Positions 54,490 to 64,000 of a stretch of 64,000 nucleotides of DNA are shown piece after piece. The stretch's first letter is position 1. Each line of letters starts with the position of its first letter. This DNA is from the human T2T-CHM13v2.0 reference genome, Homo sapiens. Below the pieces are notes generated by a model. The model saw only the letters and a program-made list of their open reading frames with translations. It was not told where the DNA came from and searched no databases. Location: the NCBI RefSeq assembly GCF_009914755.1, contig NC_060932.1. One strand, 5' to 3'. Both the position numbers and the translations under genes were made by a program.

Positions 54490-57400
54490 GCTTGTGTTTT
54501 TCTGAATTCTAAAAAATAGATTGCAGATTGTTGGGAATTTATCACATGCATGCCATGAATAAAATTGATAAAAGATCTTATTTCCTTGGAAAAATTATTA
54601 ACCTTTAATCCATTAGTAGCTGTCTTTTCATTAAAATTTAACATATCCTGGCACCTCAAAGATTGTCTTATTTCCTAGCCCAGCTCTGACTTAATCATGA
54701 GATTCACACCATGAAATCTATATTACCACAGATAATTCTAGTTTGAGCAAATTACCCACAATGAAAGACAGGAGGCTTTATGTGCCTGCAGTAAAAACGA
54801 AGGAGTCCTTCAGATATCGCCAAGTCTCACAGGCCCACCTAGAACCAGTCAACTCAAATTACCCATTCTGATCACAGTTAAGAGAAGAGATCTGTCAGGA
54901 TCATCATAGCAAAACTGGATTTCCCAGATTCAGACAAACCGTGATCAAGTGTCCTCTTACCAGCTTCAGTCTAGTTCCAGGTCTACAATATCTAAAGTGG
55001 TGCCCATGATCCCAACCAAACCAACGAAGAAAGATTTCCAAGAACCTTACTGTTCAGTCCCTGAATTCTTCTAAATGTCATTATTTACTCTTGTAAGTAA
55101 ATGTGAGGCTGTAATGATCATTTGAGAACTACAGCCCCCCTTCTACTGAATTAATTATAACAAATTGCTATAGAAAGTTAATATTTAGGCAAGCAGTCCT
55201 CTTTACTCAGACTAGTAATAGTCAAACCTGATCAATTCCAACATGAAGTACACCTCTGTGACAACCTACCTGGAATAATGAGTTGTCTGTCAAAATGAGA
55301 CACAAATAACAGTAAGATACCAAACTCCTTGCAAGACCAAAGGCATGTAAGAGAAAGATGTTGCTATCTTTGAAATAACTAAGTATTGCCATGTGAAAAC
55401 GCTTAAAAGTTAAGTTTGTCCAGTAAGTTTTTGAGGCATTTCAAAAACACCAATCATTATAAAATATGGCTCTAATTTAAAAGCCAGCACCAAATAAATT
55501 TATTAATTTTCTCAAAACAAGTTAATCTACACTGTTTTCACTGAAATTTCTTAAACTGGTTTAAAAATTAAGAGAGACTTTGCTTAGCTTAAGCACATGG
55601 GCTTCCAGAAATGTGATTTTTATTTTTAATGTGGTTTCTCTTTCACAGTGGTTTCCACTGCTGTAAAGGTCAGTTTGTTAACTGTGGTGACAAGCTGGCC
55701 CTCATGGCACATGTTCAGCAAATGTCAGTAAGTGAACAAAGAGAAGAGATACTGGAACACTCTTAGCCTTAATAGACTGAAAAGGTAGTATTAAACTGTC
55801 TTAAATTCATTCAGAATAAAAAGGGCTTTACAGTCAGTTTTTCTGGTTGAGAGATCAGACCAAATGAATCTAAAACCTAAAATAGAGGGTGTTTTATTCT
55901 CACGGGTTCTGACATTTTAGTGGTAAGCTGCAAGTTTTAAAAACTGCTACTAAAATCTGAATTGCCAGCACCATATGGAAAAACATGGCTGCAACATGTC
56001 TTTTATCTCATAAATATATGTGTGTGTGTAGAAAGTCATTGCACTTGAATTATTGCAGAATGAATTTTTTAAATAAGCACAATGGCAGACAGATCAAAAT
56101 ATTGGGAGGTCACACGGACTGTGGCAAGTGAAGAGGTAGCCACAGACTTCATGCCTGTATAGAATGTTTAAGTAGGCTGCCTTCACCTGATATTGAGTGA
56201 AGTTGATGAGTTTTAGAAGGAGACTTGCTACATCTGTTAGTCAAAAATCTCAGGGTCAACTTGGGACAGGTTTCTTAGAATTTAAGGAGTCTGAGCTTTT
56301 ATTTCAACCATAATCAGCTGAAACTGCAATTAAATAAATGGCTTATGCCCAAATGAGCTTAGTACTTTTTCAACAACTATAAAATGTTTTGAAAACAAAA
56401 TATATTTTCTCCTTGCCTTCTTTTAGTGATAAAATAAATAACAAGTAAAATTTTGAGATCCTGAGATGCAACTGCACTTTGAAATAATCAGGAAAATGAG
56501 GCATAGAGTAGAATTTCAGAAAGCAAGAGTAAGTGTGTACATTCCGGATTCCTATTTGACGCTTCCTCTCCTTCAAAAGTAACAGCATCTCATTCGTGTT
56601 TAGATGTAGTGAGTAGGGTCTTAGATACTTTGAAGGTATCTCCTACCTTAATATATTCTTTGGGCCATATTCTAAGCCATCATTACTTTTTATCGTAATC
56701 ACAGTTTATTAAGTTTTTGCAAGCAGTAGTAGGTGACTTTCAATTTCTCATTGAATTCTCACCAGTACCATTATGCAATATTATCCTTCTTTTGCTGAGG
56801 AAATAGGTTCAGAATTTCCAGAGAACCCCTATGGACAGCTTTTAAAAATGCCAATGTCTGTGTCTCAACTCAGAACTAAATCAGAAACTCTGGGAGAACT
56901 CAGACAGCAGTATTTTTTTAACTCTCTCAGGGTAACTACAATTTGCAGTTTAGGTTGGGTTTGGTTAGCCCACCTAAACACACTGGGTTAAACCAAGTTC
57001 ATCAAACTAGTAAGTAAGCCAGTAATAAAAGGTAGGTTTATATAAATGCAAAGCCCTAACTTTGCCCCAAGGACTTCCCACCAAACCTCCCTGGGTACCC
57101 TTAGGACCAAGGCCAACATCCCTAGCACACACAGAAGACCATTATGCATCAGTCAGCTGCTGGGCATGGGGAAAATTAGAATGGCTTGTTGCACCTCCCT
57201 GAATTTCATAGTCCATAACACAGTAAGGCAATTTCTGGGTCAGAGGGGTTTTCATGCTATATTATGTCATTGGAAAATGCTTTATACTAACATTCTACCA
57301 TCTCGTGCACTTGATTCTTTCCTACCAAAATTTTTATCATAGTGCAGATACTGGGTGGCTAAGTGTTTTTCACTTAAAATGTTATTATTCAGGAGTGGCA

Positions 57401-57835
57401 TGTACCTACCAGGGGTGCCTTTATGTAACTAACATAAAAGTTGGCGTATGATAGAAATTCAAAATCAGGCAGCCAAATCACTAGCAGCTAAAAACAATAA
57501 ATCTAATTAACTTCATTTTCTTCAAAAAGAAACAAACTCTACCATTTCTGGTGGTAGTTTGGTTTTGAAATACTTACTTTAAAGATATATTATGGCTGAA
57601 TTTACCCACAAATTCTCAACATCAATAATTTTACTGGATATTAGCATAAAAATCAGCAGACATAGAATAGCTATTTTATTCACAATACTAATGAAGAACA
57701 CAAAAAAATTAGGAAAAAAAAACACTATTTTTAAGGTTTAGCATCTATACAAAAGAACTTACAAAATTTTGCCAGAAGATACATAAGTAAGGCTGGAAGT
57801 GAAGAGCCATACCTGGATAGAAAGAATAAATATTG

Positions 57836-58739
57836 GGAGGAGTCAAGATGTCCGAATAGGAACAGCTCCGGTCTACAGCTCCCAGCGTGAGCGATGAAGA
57901 CGACGGGTGATTTCTGCATTTCCATCTGAGGTACCGGGTTCATCTCACTAGGGAGTGCCAGACAGTGGGCGCAGGTCAGTGGGTGCGCGCAACGTGTGCG
58001 AGCCGAAGCAGGGCGAGGCATTGCCTCACTTGGGAAGCGCAAGGGGTCAGGGAGTTCCCTTTCTGAGTCAAAGAAAGGGGTGACGGAGGGCACCTGGAAA
58101 ATCGGGTCACTCCCACCCGAATACTGCGCTTTTCCGACGGGCTTAAAAAATGGCGCACCACCACATTATATCCTGCACCTGGCTCGGAGGGGCCTACGCC
58201 CACGGAGTCTCGCTGATTGCTAGCACAGCAGTCTGAGATCAAACTGCAAGGCGGCAGTGAGGCTGGGGGAGGGGCGCCCGCCATAGCCCAGGCTTGCTTA
58301 GGTAAACAAAGCAGCCAGGAAGCTCGAACTGGGTGGAGCCCACCACAGCTCAAGGAGGCCTGCCTGCCTCTGTAGGCTCCACCTCTGGGGGCAGGGCACA
58401 GACAAATAAAAAGACAGCAGTAACCTCTGCAGACTTAAATGTCCCTGTCTGACAGCTTTGAAGAGAGCAGTGGTTCTCCCAGCAAGCAGCTAGAGATCTG
58501 AGAATGGGCAGACTGCCTCCTCAAGTGGGTCCCTGACCCCTGACCCCCGAGCAGCCTAACTCGGAGGCACCCCCCAGCAGGGGCACACTGACACCTCACA
58601 CGGCAGGGTACTCCAACAGACCTGCAGCTGAGGGTCCTGTCTGTTAGAAGGAAAACTAACAAACAGGAAGGACATCCACACCAAAAACCCATCTGTACAT
58701 CACCATCATCAAAGACCAAAAGTAGATAAAACCACAAAG
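57836..58739 (+). promoter_or_regulatory. L1 5' UTR internal sense/antisense promoter region
   Basis: Complete CpG-containing L1 5' UTR. The YY1 motif is altered (CAAGATGTCCG instead of CAAGATGGCCG). Confidence 0.75.
57976..58284 (-). CDS. L1 ORF0-like antisense ORF, open for 102 aa
   Basis: MAGAPPPASLPPCSLISDCCASNQRDSVGVGPSEPG... is the ORF0 N-terminus; ATG at 58284-58282. Expression is not shown. Confidence 0.6.
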   Translation of the reverse strand: MAGAPPPASLPPCSLISDCCASNQRDSVGVGPSEPGAGYNVVVRHFLSPSEKRSIRVGVTRFSRCPPSPLSLTQKGNSLTPCASQVRQCLALLRLAHVARTH

Positions 58740-59756
58740 ATGGGGAAAAAACAGAACAGAAAAACTGGAAACTCTAAAAAGCAGAGCGCCTCTCCTCCTC
58801 CAAAGGAACGCAGTTCCTCACCAGCAACAGAACAAAGCTGGATGGAGAATGACTTTGACGAGCTGAGAGAAGAAGGCTTCAGATGATCAAATTACTCTGA
58901 GCTACTGGAGGACATTCAAACCAAAGGCAAAGAAGTTGAAAACTTTGAAAAAAATTTAGAAGAGTATATAACTAGTATAATCAATACAGAGAAGTGCTTA
59001 AACGAGCTGATGGAGCTGAAAAGCAAGGCTCGAGAACTACATGAAGAATGCAGAAGCCTCAGGAGCCGATGCGATCAACTGGAAGAAAGGGTATCAGCAA
59101 TGGAAGATGAAATGAATGAAATGAAGTGAGAAGGGAAGTTTAGAGAAAAAGGAATAAAAAGAAATGAGCAAAGCCTCCAAGAAATATGGAACTATGTGAA
59201 AAGACCAAATCTACGTCTGATTGGTGTACCTGAAAGTGATGGGGAGAATGGAACCAAGTTGGAAAACACTCTGCAGGATATTATCCAGGAGAACTTCCAC
59301 AATCTAGCAAGGCAGGCCAACGTTCAGATTCAGGAAATACAGAGAACGCCACAAAGATACTCCTCGAGAAGAGCAACTCCAAGACACATAATTGTCAGAT
59401 TCACCAAAGTTGAAATGAAGGAAAAAATGTTAAGGGCAGCCAGAGAGAAAGGTCAGGTTACCCTCAAAGGGAAGCCCATCAGACTAACAGCGGATCTCTC
59501 GGCAGAAACCCTACAAGCCAGAAGAGAGTGGGGGCCAATATTCAACATTCTTAAAAAAAAGAATTTTCAACCCAGAATTTCATATCCAGCCAAACTAAGC
59601 TTCATAAGTGAAGGAGAAATAAAATACTTTACAGAGAAGCAAATGCTGAGAGATTTTGTCACCACCAGGCCTGCCTTACAAGAGCTCCTGAAGGAAGCAC
59701 TAAACATGGAAAGGAAAAACCGGTACCAGCCGCTGCAAAATCATGCCAAAATGTAA
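58740..59756 (+). pseudogene. L1 ORF1p, 338 codons in frame, nonsense at R49 and R130
   Basis: ATG at 58740 and TAA at 59754-59756 (1017 nt). CGA>TGA at 58884-58886 and 59127-59129. C-terminus RYQPLQNHAKM. Confidence 0.93.
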
Positions 59757-59804
59757 AGACCATCGAGACTAGGAAGAAACTGCATCAACTAACGAGCAAA
59801 ATAA

Positions 59805-63647
<3,843 letters not shown>

Positions 63648-64000
63648 ACAATGAGATCACATGGACACAGGAAGGGGAATATCACACTCTGGGGACTGTT
63701 GTGGGGTGGGGGGAGGGGGGAGGGATAGCATCGGGATATATACCTAATGCTAGTTGACGAGTTAGTGGGTGCAGCACACCAGCATGGCACATGTATACAT
63801 ATGTAACTAACCTGCACAATGTGCACATGTACCCTAAAACTTAAAGTATAATAAAAAATAAAAATAAAAAAAATTAAAAAAAGAAAGAATAAATATTGAG
63901 AAAATGTGAATGCTTCTCAAAGTAATTTTTAAGTTTCACATAATTCTAATCAAAATTCCATTTTGCTATTTTTAAAACTATGGAAAATTTTTCTGAAGAA

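Overview
Hominid (human or great ape) nuclear DNA: AT-rich, dominated by repeats, with no recognisable host protein-coding exon, so probably intergenic or deep intronic. The hominid call rests on a full SVA element and a full-length L1PA2-like LINE-1. The window is a layered fossil record of retrotransposition: old L1M, L2, MIR, MaLR and ERVL relics carry nested Alus, an older ~5.1 kb L1PA, an SVA and a 6 kb L1 whose ORF1 and ORF2 are collinear but broken by nonsense codons. The most unusual object is a single TSD-bounded insertion at 25540-26220. It combines an inverted 5' fragment of U1 snRNA, a truncated L1PA 3' end and a polyadenylated 3' transduction, and the target site itself is complementary to the U1 sequence where copying began, which suggests twin priming on a second RNA. 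Other notable items are an SVA with a ~93-bp 5' transduction, a 540-bp captured unique segment inside an L1 3' UTR, an Alu rewritten by a template switch into an 18-bp perfect hairpin, and several end-joining-type scars. Subfamily calls come from recalled consensus features, not from database searches.
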